From Mobula hypostoma (lineage: Eukaryota): a DNA stretch of 64,000 bases. Below, in pieces: positions 11,635 to 25,455 of the stretch. Position 1 is the first letter of the stretch, and each line of letters starts with the position of its first letter. The stretch covers positions 141,856,001-141,920,000 of the forward strand of contig NC_086102.1 in assembly GCF_963921235.1 (NCBI RefSeq), given 5' to 3'. A program made the position numbers and the translations under genes. The notes under the pieces were generated by a model, which was not told where the DNA came from, did no database searches, and saw nothing but the letters and a program-made list of their open reading frames with translations.

Positions 11635-14600
11635 GTATTTTGCATCAGTCTTCACAGTGGAAGACACTAGCAGTATGGTGGAAGTCCCAATATGTCAGGG
11701 GGCATGATACGTGTGAAGTTACTATTACCAAAGAGATGGTTCTTGGGAAACTAAAAGGTCTGAAGGTAGATAAGTCACCTGGACCAGATGGTGTACACAC
11801 CAGAGTTCTGAAAGAGGTGGCTGAAGAGATTGTGGCGGATTTAGCAATGATCTTTCAAGAATCAATGGAATGTTTCTGAAAGACAGGGAAATTGCAAGTG
11901 TCACTCCACTTTTTAAGATGGGAGAGAAGCAGAAGAAAGGAAACTATATGGTAGTTAGTCTGACCTCAGTGGTTGGGAAGATGTTGGAGTTGATTATTAA
12001 GGATGAGGTCTCACGGTACTTGGAAGCACATGATAAAATAGGCTGTAATCAGCATGGTTTCCTCAAGGGAAATCTTGCCTGACAAATCTGTTGGAGTTCT
12101 TTGAAGAAATAACATACAGGACAGACAAAGGAGAATCAGTAAATGTTGTGTACTTGTATTTTCAGAAGGGCTTTGACAAGTGCCACACATGAGGATGCTC
12201 AACAAGTTATGAGTGCATGGTATTGCAGGAATGATTCTAACATGGATTGAGCAGTGGCTGACTGGCAGGAGACAAAAAGGGGGAATAAAGGGAGCCTTTT
12301 CTGGTTGGCAGACAGTGACTAGTGGTTTTCTACGGGTGTCTGTGTTGGGACCAATTCTTTTTACGTTATATGTCAGTAATTTGGATGATGGAATTGATGG
12401 CTTTGTTTTCAGACAACATGAAGACAGGTGTATGTGCAGGTAGTTTTGAGGAAGTAGAGAGGCTTCCTCAAAAGGTGCTTGGGAGTCCTTGTCCATAACA
12501 TGTTGGATAAGGTGTTGCATAAAACACCTATCCATAAGATAAGGATGCATAGAGTTGGGGGGGATGTATTAGCATAGATAGAGGATTAGGTAACTAACAG
12601 AAAGCAGAGAGTTGGGATACATAGGTGTTACTTTGGTTTGCAATCAGCGGTGAGCAGTGGCCCACAGGGGTTGGTGCTGGGCCCACAAATGTTCACGATA
12701 TACATTAAAGATCTGGAAGAGGGAACCAAGCGTAGTGCATCTAAGTTTGCTGATGATACTAAATTGAGTGGAAAAACAAATTGTGCAGAAGATGCGAAGA
12801 GTCTGCAGAGAGATTATAGATAGGTTAAGTGAGTGGGCAAGGGTCTGGCAGATGGAGTACAATGTTGGTAAATGTGAGGTCATCCACCTTGGAAGTGTTA
12901 CATACCCCGTAACTGGGTTGCCAAACCAGCAGAAATGGATCACTCAGTTGGAGTCTGGATTACTAGAACTAAGAAAGTTTTATTAAAGAAACAAGCAACA
13001 CAGTAATCGAAAGGATAATAAATGCAACAGTTCAGCAATGATAAACACACATGTGCACAGAATTAAGATAACAGCATCAATCAAGCTCTATTGTTGTCTA
13101 GGGGTAAATGACCAATTTCAAAGTGACACAAAAGTCCAGTTCGATTTAATAGTTCAGTTCGCAGTAATCGTTGCCCTGGCGATGGACCACGTGGGGGGAG
13201 GGAGAGAGAGAGAACGAGAACGACTGATCATTCAGAAACGACTTCCACTCACAGACCGGCGATACTGCCCACAAGCAGCTTCCGGGCGGGTCCTTTGTGA
13301 TGTCACCTGAGGTCACCGACTGTGACCCCTCCTCCAGATGCGGTCGATCCTCTGCAGTGAACCCGGCACCCAAGCGAGGGTGGACACACACCGGGTTCCC
13401 GCTGATCGTACCTTTCCACCCTGTGCGTTTAAGGTTCGATACTTCCCACCAACTCGTGAGAGGCGCACTGTTTCCAGGGTCTTGTTACCTCGGGTGTTGT
13501 GTGTGTCGCCTTAGCGAACCTGTCCCTTTTTATCCCCCTGCTGGGGTATCACCTGTCCATCACTTCAAACAGTTCAGGGTTCAAAGGGGGAGCCGCTCCA
13601 GACAGCTCTCTCTCCCGTCCCTTCATTACACATCTCCAGATGCTGTTTCATTGTGTTCCTTATCTCTCTCTTGAAGACAGGTGGCAGACCAACTGCTGAT
13701 CACACAGGACAGCTAACATCTTATCTATGTGTATTCTTGTCACAGAAGGAAAACGGAGGAGCAGATTATTATTTAGATGGTATAAAATTGCAGCATGCTG
13801 CTGTGCAGAGGGACTTGAGAGTGCTTGTGCTTGAATCACAAAAGATTGGTTTGTAGGTGCAGCAGGCTATCAAGAAGGCAAATGAAATGTTGGCCTTCAT
13901 TGCTAGAGGGATTGAAGTTAAGAGCAGGGAGGTTATGCTGGAATTGCACAGCGTACTGGTGAGGTCGCAGCTGGAGTATTGTGTGCGGTTCTGGTCTCTT
14001 TACTTGAGAAAGGATATTCTGGCTTTGGAGGCGGTGCAGAGGAGGCTCACCAGGTTGATTCTAGAGATGAAGGGATTAGACTATGAGGAGAAATTGAGTC
14101 ACCTGGGACTGTATTCTCTGGAATTCAGAAGAATGAGAAATCTTATACAAACGTTTAAAATTATGAAAGGGATCGATAAGGTAAAGGCAGGAAAGTTGTT
14201 TGCACTGGTGGGTGAGACAAGAAGTAGGGGACATAGCCTCAAGATTTGGGGGAGTAGATTTAGGACAGAGATGAGGAGAAACTGCTTTTCCCAGAGATTG
14301 GTGAATCTGTAGAATTCTACGCCCAATGAAGCAGTGGAGGCTACCTCAGTAAATATATTTAAGACAAGGTTGGATATGTTTTTGTATAGTAGGGGAATTA
14401 AGGTTTATGGGAAAAAGGCAGGTAGATGGAGATGAGTCCATGGCCAGATCAGCCGTGATCTTATTGAATGGTGGAGCAGGCTTGATGGGCCAGATGGCCT
14501 ACTCCTGTTCCTATTTCTTATATTCCTATGTTCTTATTCCCTAAAGGTTAATTTGTAGGTTTAGTCTGTGGTGAGGATATCAAATGTGATGTTAGCATTT

Positions 14601-15215
14601 ATTTCAAGAGGACAAGAATATAAAAGCAAGGATGTAATTTGAGTATTTACAAAGCACTGGTGAGGCTTCACTTGGAATATTGTGAGCAGTGTTGGGTCTC
14701 CTATCTTAGAAAGGATGTGCTGAAACTGGAGAGGGTTCAAAGTGGTTCATGAAAATTATTCCAGGATTGAACCGTTTGTTACATGAACACCGTTTGATGG
14801 TTCTGGGCCAGTATTCACTGGAATTCAGAAAAATGAGGGGTAACCTCATTGAAAGCTATTGAATGGTGAAAGGCCTTGATTGAGTGGATATGGAGATGCT
14901 GTTTCCTATGGTAGGAGAGTCTAAGGCTAGTGGACACCAGCTCATAATAAAGGGGCATCCTTTTAGAACAGTGATGATGCGGAATTCCTTTAGCCAGAGA
15001 ATGGAGAATCTGTGGAATTCTTTGCCCCAGGCAGCTGTGGAGGCCACATCTTTATGCATATTTAAGGCAGTGGTTGATTGGTCAGGGGATGAAGGAATAT
15101 GGGGAGAAGGCAGGAGATAAGGTTTAGGAAGAAAATTGGATCAGCCATGATGAAATGGTGGAGCAGACGCTAAGGGCCAAATGGTATAATTCTGCTGTGA
15201 TATTTTATTGTCTAA
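11635..15215 (+). mobile_element. Cluster of decayed CR1 RT fragments (at least three pieces)
   Basis: ORFs 11640..14312 and 14884..15120 carry PGPDG, QHGF, KFADDTKL, QMEYNVGKC, LEYCVRFWS and RLVNL motifs, with stops and frameshifts. Confidence 0.85.
12896..13744 (-). mobile_element. Solo LTR (likely Ty3/Gypsy) inserted in a CR1
   Basis: 849 bp with TGTTACA...TGTCACA termini and a 4-bp TSD GAAG (12892-12895, 13745-13748). It splits the CR1 motif VIHLG|...ADYYL. A minus-strand AATAAA near 12980 suggests the orientation. Confidence 0.8.
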
Positions 15216-16614
15216 GAAGACAGGGTCAGGTTCTGATGGTTTAGCAATAACTCCTTAATACTATAATATTATGAAAGGTATATGGAAAATGTAGCTCGAC
15301 ATAGAAGTACAATCTGAGGTAAAATTTAAGCTCCTCAAATCCACATATATTTGGTGGTTTTCAGTTAATCTGAAATTAAATTAAAGCAGAATGCTGTGCA
15401 GGGATTTGTTTCTAAAAGTGGATGCAACAGGTATTAGAGTAGTAATTACCATCAATTTGGGAAGTTTTCCTCATGGCCTGCTGAGGGATACTAATGTTAG
15501 GACAGAAGGGTCTTTCCAGATTTAAGTCACATTTTTGTGTTCTTTGGAGTAGAGTGAAGGATGATCTTATTGAAACAAATAATGCACTAAATCACACTAC
15601 CAGGTTGATGTCAAAATCTTTTCACCACTAGGGGTCCTTGGGCTAGTTGCCATAGCTGCAGGATAAAGCAGTAATTATTTAATACTGCGTTGTTGAGAAC
15701 TTTCTTCTCACTGAAATTGGCAAATTAATGATCCAAAAAAGTTGTAGCTAAATAACTGTAGTGTATGGGTCATCTCATCAGCTGCCTGAAATAATAATCT
15801 CAGATGTAACCTCCTTAAGCAGAAAGATTTCTCCAGAGTGGAGGAATCTGATGGATGACATTAGAGAGGTTTTTAAAATCATGAGAAACATGGATAAGGT
15901 GGAGGGTGAGAGTACTTTACATAGGGCATATGAGTCTAAAATTAGAGGGCATAGATTTAGGATGAGAGGGGAAAGAGGGGACCTGAGGAGCACATTTTTC
16001 ACACGGAGTGTGGTGGGTATATGGAAAAAGTGACCAGAGGTAATTGTAATGGCCGGGAAAATTTCAATGTTTACAGACACTTCTACAGGTACACACGCAT
16101 CAACAACTGTTTTTATAAACCAACAAATTATCAGAGATAATCATTGATTTATTGACCTTTCTCACATCAGAAAAATGAATTAAAAGGAATGGGATATCAC
16201 AGGGATGGTGAGGAAATCCAGAATGTGGAGATAATTGAAATGCTGAGTGTATGTGTACAGTTCTTCACTGACAGGAGAGTGGAAGGTTTTGATTGTTCAA
16301 TGTGTTCACCAAGAGAAGTGGAGCAAACATAATGAATGTGGGAGGTGGGAAAACTATAAGGAACCACTGCAAAAGGCAATATTAACTCTCTCTTGGAGGA
16401 TCAAGTGAGTTATGAAGGGATAGGCAGCAGAGATTATTGAAGGCAAATCATGTTTATCTCCTCTGGCTGAATTTGTTGCTGAAAGAAGTGGCTGATCAGT
16501 GCTGTGGAGCAAAAGCATTATCGACGGATTTTTAAAAAAAAATTTCAGTTTAGTCAGTCATTCCCTCAATGTAGGTAGAGTGGGAAAGAGAATAAACACG
16601 CTCTTTTGACCTAG

Positions 16615-16905
16615 GTGAATGGACCTGGGTGATACGTAGCTGTGAATGTTCCCGAACTGTTTGGTTTAAACAATTAAAGTGATAAGAAAGCACAACTGAA
16701 AGAATCCATGATACAACAAATGTGTTTCTGTTGTTTTACTACATTAAATGAAAAAAAGGATTTTGCTGCATTTTGCTGATGTTTAATGTTGTGTCATCAG
16801 AATAACAAGAAACTGCCTAGTGAGACCTTTCTACACTGCATATAAATACCAACTTGTGTTAGACAGTGAAACATTCAGCTGGTTACCAGACTCACTGTGT
16901 TCAAA
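16615..16905 (+). promoter_or_regulatory. Proximal promoter and 5' UTR of gamma-crystallin copy 2
   Basis: TATAAATA at 16841-16848, TGCTGA at 16774, within the conserved block. Confidence 0.7.
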
Positions 16906-18605
16906 ATGGGAAAGGCAAGGGCTACTCAGTAAATGAACTAAATGAGAATTCTTCATGAACACCTGAGCAACTAATAACACAGATATGTTTCTTCCCACAG
17001 ATCATCTTCTACGAGGACAGGAACTTCCAGGGTCGGCACTATGAGTGCAGCTCCGACTGTGCCGACCTCTCCCCTTACTTCAGCCGCTGTAACTCCATCC
17101 GTGTTGACAGTGACTGGTGGGTGTTGTACGAGAGACCCAACTACATGGGATACCAGTATGTCCTGAGCAGGGGAGAGTATCCTGACTACCAGCGCTGGAT
17201 GGGATTCAATGACTGTGTCAGGTCGTGTCGCACCTACCCTTATGTAAGTTTCAATTTTTCTCAGGCGATTTGATCTTTTGCATTTTGGCACTGAAAATGG
17301 AGAATTTACCTAACAAGTGCCTAATGGGTATCAAATATGCCTGAGTGTATTAATATGCTTGGGCATTTCGAGGTGAAGGAGGGAGGTAGTGTTGAGTTTC
17401 TTAAGGAACATTAAGGTGGATAAGTCCCCAGGGCCTGATGGAAGATATCTCTGATTATTGAGAGAGGCAAAGGATGGGATAGCTGGAACCTTGACCAACA
17501 TCTTCATGTCTTTTCTCCCCATCTGGAATATTGCATGCAGTTTCGGTCACACCATTATAGGAATGATGTTTCGAGCTTGGAGAGGGTGCAGGGTGCAGGA
17601 AGCTTATCAGGATGTTGCCTGGATTACAGAGCATGTGCTGTAATGAGTGGCTGGACAAATGGAATTATTTTTCTCTGGAGCAGCGGAGGTTGAGCGGAGA
17701 TCTGATAGAGGTTTATAAGATTATAAGAGGCATAGATGTAGTTGACAGACAGTATCCTTTCCCCAGGTTTTAAATATCTCATACCAGAGGACATACATTT
17801 AACGTGGGTGGGTGTAAGTTCAAAGGAGATGTGAGGGGTAAATTTTTCACAGTGGTGGGTGCCTGGAATAAGAGTCAGGTACATTAGGGACTTTTAAGAG
17901 ATGTTTAGTTAGTTGCATGAATGTGAGGGAAATGGGAGGATATGGACATTGTTTAAACAGAAGGGATTAGTTAAGTTGTCCATCTAATTTAAATGATCAA
18001 CCAAATTTAAATTTACCAATTTAATTGCTTCAGCACAACATTGTAGGTCAAAGGGCCTATTCCTGTACACTACTTTTCTATGTTTATGTTCTAAGTGCCA
18101 AATTTCTCATATATTCTTCCGTGTTTTCCTTGAACTTGTGTTAGAACCAGCAGCAATGCCAGTTGGAGGTACTGTTGAGACAAACAGCTAGTGAAATGAT
18201 CAATTTGCAACAGACATTAATTCCCACTGAAGTCAATATCCAGCTGATGAATTAGTGTTTAGATGTTGTGTACAATGACCGAATGATCTGCAAAACATCA
18301 TTACTAAAACTGTGTTTTTCCTATTCCAGTACCGAGGAGGAAACTACAGAATGAGGATTTACGAAAAACCTGACTTTGCAGGGCAGATGATGGAATTCAT
18401 GGACGACTGTCCTTTTGTCTACGATCGTTTCTGTTACCGTGACATCCACTCCTGTCAGGTGATGGATGGCTACTGGATCTTCTATGAACAACCCAACTAC
18501 AGAGGCCGACAGTACTTCCTGAGACCTGGGGAATACAGGAGATACAGTGACTGGGGTGGCTACAATTCAACTATTGGGTCCTTCAGGCGCATGAGGGACT
18601 TCTAA
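16906..18605 (+). CDS. Gamma-crystallin (S-1-like), copy 2; join(16906..16914,17001..17243,18330..18605), 175 aa
   Basis: Translation MGK|[11 protein letters not shown]...[12 protein letters not shown]|[16 protein letters not shown]...RMRDF*. Introns are 86 nt GC-AG and 1086 nt GT-AG. AATAAA at 18657-18662. Confidence 0.93.
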
Positions 18606-19394
18606 AAGTTGCTCTTGAAAACTCTGATTTTATTTTGTTGAAATATTTATGGAGGCAATAAAATACCTTTGATGACACTATCAGCCCATTTGATTCATTT
18701 ACCCTGATTCCACTGGAAATTCACAGTCAAACAGTAATCATAATCTAAGGATCACATTAAATTGTTTTACCACAATTGGTTCCAGTTAACAGATAACTTT
18801 ATGATGATTCATATGAGGCTGAAAAATATAGACTTAATAGAAAGTTGTTCTTTGCCTCTTGTGTTATTGTCTTCATTGCGAGACATTGAGCCCCATTTCT
18901 GAATTTACTTCCAGTGAATTTAATGAGTATAAATATCTATCTTTATGATTTCCATGATTTTGATGGTTCTGTGAAATGACTTTACAAAAAGTATGAACAA
19001 CATAAATCAAGACATGGAGTTAAACAGCACAGAAAGCAGCACTTTTACAAAACATGATGAATTCTACCAAAGTTGAGACCAGTGTAAACAACAGGAAGAC
19101 AGGTCTGAAATCTGCTGGATAGTTTAAACATACTTATGATTCTGTGTGGGTCCACATTGTGAAGGGTGGAAGTTGAGTCGAAATTGATCTGGAATTACCG
19201 TATTTGTAGCTGTAGAATCTTTTGAGGAAAGTTAACTAAAAAAGAAATAAATAAGAATTATTTAATCCTCAGGAAGCATAGATCCATAAAAATGTAATAG
19301 ACAGAGACATAAAGACAAATATTGAATGGCAAGTGGAAACACTTCTGGGAAATCAGGATATGGGGAAATGACCCAGAATGAAATCAATTATTAG

Positions 19395-19892
19395 AAAGAG
19401 GAGACATAGGGTCAGGTGTTGAATCATTGTGGATAGAACAAAGGAACTGCAAGGGTAAAAGACCCTGATGAGTTTTGTATTCGGAACCCCCCTCCCCCCT
19501 GCAAACAGTAGTAAGGATGTGGTCTAGAAATTACAGTGGGAGATAGAAAATGCACGCTGGAAGAGTAATGTTACAATTGTCATAGGGGGTTTCAATATGC
19601 AGTTAGATTGGGAAAATCAGTTTGGTGCTGGATTCTAAGAGGGGGAGTTTCTAGAATGCTTTTGAGGAGGCTTTTTAAAGCACTTTGTGATCGAGCCCAT
19701 TAGGGGAATAACCTATTCTTGATTGGGTGTTGTGCAATGAACCAGAATTGATTAGAGAGTTTAAGGAAAAAGAATCCTTAGGGGAAAGTAAGCATAATAT
19801 GATCGATTCCACCCTGAAATTTGAGAAGGAGAAGCTAAAACAGATGTATTAGCATTCAAGTGGATTAAAGAGAATTACAGAGGAATCAAGTG
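19395..19892 (+). mobile_element. Decayed CR1 APE fragment
   Basis: Nucleotide similarity to the APE region of the CR1 at ~1770-2250. Confidence 0.65.
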
Positions 19893-21040
19893 GTTGAAAA
19901 AGTTTGGCATGAGTCCCCAAACCCTAAGGACTTTTTACAGGGACACAATTGAGAGCATCCTGACTGGCTGCATCACTGCCTGGTACGGGAACTGTACATC
20001 CCTTACTCACAGGACTCTGCAGAGAGTTATGCAGAGAGCCCAGCACATCTGTAGATATGAACTTCCCACTATTCAGAACATTTACAGGTGTGTAAAAAGG
20101 ACCTGAGGGATTACTGGGGACCCAAGTCACCCCAACCACAAACTGTTGCTGGGAAACGGTACTGCAGCATAAAAGCCAAGACCAACAGGTTCCAGGACAG
20201 CTTCTTCCACCAGGTCATCAGACTGATCATCTTATACTGATATAATAGTATTTCTATGTTATATTGACTGTCCTGTTGTACATACTATTTATTACTTTAC
20301 TTTACATTATTGTCGCCAAACAATTGATACTAGAGCGTACGATCATCACAGCGATATTTGGTTCTGCGCTTTGCGCTCCCTGGAGTACAAATCGATAGTA
20401 AATATTAAAAATTTAAATTATTTATCATAAATAGAAAATAGAAAAGGGAAAGTAAGGTAGTGCAAAAAAAAACCGAGAGGCAGGTCCGGATATTTGGAGG
20501 GTATGGCCCAGATCTGGGTCAGGATCCGTTCAGCAGTCTTATCACAGTTGGAAAGAAGCTGTTCCCAAATCTGGCTGTATGAGTCTTCAAGCTCCTGAGC
20601 CTTCTCCCGGAGGGAGGACGGACAAACAGTGTGTTGGCTGTGTGGGTCGTGTCCTTGATTATCCTGGCAGCACTGCTTCGACAGTGTGCGTGGGTAAAGT
20701 GAGTCCAAGTTCGGAAGACTGGTTTGTGTGATGTGCTGGGCTGTGTTCATGATCTTCTGCAGCTTCTTCTGGTCTTGGACAGGACAACTTCCATACCAGG
20801 TTGTGATGTACCCTAGAAGAATGCTTTCTACGGGTGCATCTATAAAAATTAGTGAGGGTTTTAGGGGACAGGCCAGATTTCTTTAGCTTTCTCAGGAAGT
20901 AAAGGCGCTAGTAAAGGCGCTAGTGATTATAGTAATTATTACAAATTACTATAAATTACACATTGCACATTTAGACAGAGACATAATTTTTACACCTCAT
21001 GTATGTGAAGGATGTAAGAAATAAAGTCAATTCAATTTAT
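19893..21040 (+). mobile_element. Rex1/Babar-type LINE 3' fragment with a nested antisense Rex1-type fragment (20296-20935)
   Basis: ORF 19894..20106 (TFYRDTIESILTGCITAWYGNC) is typical of the Rex1 C-terminus. The nested piece is flanked by TTATTAC at 20289-20295 and 20936-20942. Confidence 0.7.
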
Positions 21041-21166
21041 TTCATCAACAGAAGCAGGATGCAGCACTCCATGCAAGCATATGCAATTCTGATAAGAAGT
21101 ACATACTATTAAACTTAAGTGAAAGCACAGCCCAGGTAAATGAAGAAACTAATAACAAATTCTTTA

Positions 21167-21859
21167 TCATATATATTGGTGAGACCCGACGCAGACTGGG
21201 AGACCGCTTTGCTGAACATCTACGCTCTGTCCGCCAGAGAAAGCAGGATCTCCCAGTGGCCACACATTTTAATTCCACATCCCATTCCCATTCTGACATG
21301 TCTATCCACGGCCTCCTCTACTGTAAAGATGAAGCCACACTCAGGTTGGAGGAACAACACCTTATATTCCTTCTGGGTAGCCTCCAACCTGATGGCATGA
21401 ACATTGACTTCTCTAACTTCCGCTAAGGCCCTGCCTCCCCCTCGTACCCCATCTGTTGCTCATTATTGTGCACACATTCTTTCTCTCACTCTCCTTTTTC
21501 TCCCTCTGTCCCTCTGGATATACCTCTTGCCCATCCTCTGGGTCACCCCCCCTCTTTGTCTTTCTTCCCGGACCTCCTGTCCCATGATCCTCTTGTATCC
21601 CCTTTTGCCTATCACCTGTCCAGCTCTCGGCTCTATCCCTCCCCCTCCTGTCTTCTCCTATCATTTTGTATCTCCCCCTCCCCCTCCAGCTTTCAAATCC
21701 CTTACTTACTCTTCCTTCAGTTAGTCCTGACGAAGGGTCTCGGCCTGAAACGTCGACTGCACCTCTTCCTATAGATGCTGCTTGGCCTGCTGCGTTCACC
21801 AGCAACTTTGATGTATGTTGCTTGAATTTCCAGCATCTGCAGAATTCCTGTTGTTTGCG
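21167..21859 (+). mobile_element. 5'-truncated Penelope-like element (end of the GIY-YIG domain plus pLTR)
   Basis: Encodes YIGETRRRLGDRFAEHL...GMNIDFSNFR*, nearly identical to the 3' end of 45581-48443. 13-bp TSD AACAAATTCTTTA at 21154-21166 and 21860-21872. Confidence 0.9.
21723..21758 (+). ncRNA. Minimal type I hammerhead ribozyme motif in the Penelope pLTR
   Basis: AGTC-CTGACGA-AGG gtctcgg CCT-GAAA-CG-TC-GACT gives stem I AGTC/GACT, the CUGANGA and GAAA core boxes, stem II AGG/CCT and a GUC cleavage triplet. Confidence 0.75.
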
Positions 21860-22006
21860 AACAAATTCTTTAATTCTGAAGAAGAAAATGTTAACCAATG
21901 GATAAGCATGACCTCTCATGGAAGACATCCACACGATCTGGGAGGAATAGATGTTGAGAAGGAAACATGTAACATCCGGCTCAGAGTTGCAGAACTCTTC
22001 TCAGAA

Positions 22007-25000
22007 TCATAGAAGAACAGAATCATGGAAAACCTACAGCACAATACAGGCCCTGCGGCCCACAAAGCTGTGCCGAACATATCCTTACCCTGGAACTACC
22101 TAGGCTTACCCATAACCCTCTATTTTTCTAAGCACAATGTGCCTGTCCAGGAGTTTCTTAAAAGGCCCGATCTTTTCCGCCTCCACCACCGTCGCCGGCA
22201 GCCCATTCCACGCGCTCACCACTCTCTGCGTAAAAAAACTTACCCCTGACATCTCCTCTGTACCTCCTTCCAAGCACTTTAAAACTATGCCCTCTCATGC
22301 TAGCCATTTCAGCCCTGGGAAAAAGCCTCCGACTATCCACACGATCAATGCCTCTTATTATATTGTACACATCTATCAGGTCACCTCTCATCTTCTGTCG
22401 CTCCAAGGAGAAAAGGCCGAGTTCACTCAACCTATTCTCATAAGGCATGCTCCCCAATCCAGGCAACATCCTTGTAAATCTCCTCTGCACCCTTTCTATG
22501 GTTTCCACATCGTTCCTGTAGTGAGGCGACCAGAACTGAGCACAGTACTCTAAGTGAGGTCTGAACAGGGTCCTATATAGCTGCAACATTACCTCTTGGC
22601 TCTTAAACTCAATCCCACAGTTAATGAAGGCCAATGCACCGTATGCCTTCTTAACCACAGAGTCAATCTGCGTAGCAGCTTTGAGTGTCCTATGGACTCG
22701 GACCCCAAGATCCCTCTGGTCCACCACACCGCCAAGAGTCTTACCATTAATGCTATATTCTGCCATCATATTTGACCCACCAAAGTGAATCACTTCACAC
22801 TTATCCGGGTTGAACTCCATCTGCCACTTCTCAGCCCAGTTTTGCATCCTATCAATGTCCCACTGTAAACTCTGACAGTCAACACTATCCCAACAACCCC
22901 ACCCTTTGTGTCATCAGCAAATTTACTAACCCATCCCTCCACTTCCTCATCCAGGTCATTTATAAAACTCGCAAAGAGTAGGGGTCCCAGAACAGACCCC
23001 TGAAGCACACCACTGTTCACTGACCTTCATGCAGAATATGACTCATCTACAAACACACTTTGCCTTCTGTGGGCAAGCCAGTTCTGGATCCAGAAAACAA
23101 TGTCCCCTTGGATCCCATGCCTCCTTACTTTCTCAACAAGTCTTGCATGGGGTACCTTATCAAATGCTTTGGCAAAATCCATATACACTACATCTACTGC
23201 TCTACCTTCATCAATGTATTTAGTCACATCCTCAAAACATTCAATCAGGCTCGTAAAGCATGACTTGCTTTTGACAAAGCCATGCTGACTATTCCTAATC
23301 ATATTATGTCTCTCTAAATGTTCATAAATCCTGTCTCTCAGAATCTTCTCCACCAACATACCAACCACTGAAGTAAAACTCACTGGTCTATAATTTCCTG
23401 GGCTAGCTCTACTCCCTTTCTTGAATAATGGAACAACATTCACAACACTCCAATCCTCCAGAACATCTCCTGTCCTCGATGATGCAAAGATCATCGCCAG
23501 AGGCTGAGCAATTTCCTTCCTCGCCTCCCATAGTAGCCTGGGTACATCCCTTCTGGTCCCAGTGACTTAACCAACTTGATGCTTTCCAAAAGCTCCAGCA
23601 CATCCTCTTCCTTAATATCTGCATGCTCAAGCTTTTCAGTCCGCTGCAAGTCATAATTGCCAAGATCCTTTTCCATAGTGAATACTGAAGCAAAGTATTC
23701 ATTAAGTACCTCTGCTATCTCCTCCGGTTCCATACACACTTTTCCACTGTCACATTTGATTGGTCCTATTCTCTCATGTCCTATCCTCTTGCTTTTAACA
23801 TACTTGTAGAATGCCTTGGGGTTTTCCGTAATCCTGTCTGCCAAGGCCTTTTCATCGCCCCTTCTGTCTCTCCTAATTTCATTTTTAAGCTCCTTCTTGC
23901 TCGCCTTATAATCTTCTAGATCTTTATCATTATCTGGTTTTTTGAACCTTTCATAAGCTCTTCTTTTCTTCTTGACTAGGTTTACAACAGCCTTTGTACA
24001 CCATAGTTCCTGTACCCTACCATCCTTTCCCTGTCTCATTGGAATGTACCTATGCAGAACCCCACGCAAATATCCCCTGAACATTTGCCATATTTCTTCC
24101 GTACGTTTCCTTAAGAAAATCTGTTCCCAATTTATGCTTCCAAGTTCCTGCCTGATAGCCTCATATTTCCCCTTACTCCAATTAAACATTTCCCTAACTT
24201 GTCTGTTTCTATCCCTCTCCAATGCTATCGTAAAGGAGATAGAACTGTGATCACTATCTCCAAAATGCTCTCCCGATGAGTGACCTGACACCTGACCAGG
24301 TTCATTCCCCAATAACAGATCAAGTACAACCTCTCCTCTTGTAGGATTATCTACATATTGTGTCAAGAAACATTCCTGAACACACCTAACAAACTCCACC
24401 CCATCTAAACCCCTCACTCTAGGGAGATGCTAATCAATACTTGGGAAATTAAAATCTCCCACTACAACAACTCTGTTATTATTACACCTTTGCAGAATCT
24501 TTCTCCCTATCTGCTCCTCGTTGTCTCTGTTACTATTGGTCGGCCTATAAAATACACCCAGTAGTCATTGACCCCTTCCTATTCCTAACTGCCACCCACA
24601 GAGTCTCTGTAGACAATCCTTCCATGACTTCCTTCTTTTCTGCAGCCGTGACTCTATCCCTGATCAACAGTGTCACGCCCCACCTCTTTTGCCTCCCTCC
24701 CTGTCCTTTCTGAAACATCTAAAGCCTTGCACTTGAAGTAGCCATTTCTGCCCCTGCACCATCCCAGTCTCTGTAATGGCCACAACATCATAGCTCCAAG
24801 TGCTGATCCATGCTCTAAGCTCATCTGCTTTGTTCATAATACTCCTCATGTTAATAAAGACACATCTCAAACCATCAGTCTGAGTGTGTCCGTTCTCTAT
24901 CACCTGCCTATCCTCCCTTTCACACTGTCTCCAAGCTTTCTCTATTTGTGAGCCAACCTCCCTTTCCTCCGTCACTTCAGTTCGGTTCCCACCCCCAGTA

Positions 25001-25455
25001 ATTCTAGTTTAAACTCTCCCCAATAGCTTTAACAAACCTCCCTGTCAGGATGTCGGTCCCCCTGGGATTCAAGTGCAACCTGTTCTTTTTGTACAGGTCA
25101 CACCTATCTCAAAATAGGTCCCAATCATCCAGAAATCTGAATCACTGACCCCTGCTCCAATCCCTCAGCCACACATTTATTCTCCACCTCACTTTATTCC
25201 TATACTCACTGTCACGTGGCACAGGCAGTAATTCTGAGATTACTACCTTTGAGGTGCTGCTCCTCAACTTCCTTCCTAACTCCCTGTAGTCTGTTTTCTG
25301 GTCCTCCTCCCTTTTCCTACCTATGTTGCTGGTACCAATATGTACCGTGACCTCTGGCATTTCACCTTCCCGCTTCAAGATATCGTGGACGCGATCAGAA
25401 ACATCCCGGACCCTGGCACCCGGGAGGCAAACTACCATCTGCGTTTCTTTCCTGT
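22007..25455 (-). mobile_element. Near-full-length CR1 LINE (ORF1 esterase remnant, APE, RT), decayed
   Basis: ORF 25142..25438 (VCLPGARVRDV...VHIGTSNIG) is the SGNH-esterase of CR1 ORF1. APE is at 24673..24975 and 23491..24417, RT at 22158..23494. The empty paralogous site is at ~48910. Confidence 0.9.

Noticed and set aside
16971-17291. Minus-strand ORFs over crystallin exon 2 (also 58013..58357)
   Set aside because: These are antisense shadows of the real exon, start at non-ATG codons and have no independent support.
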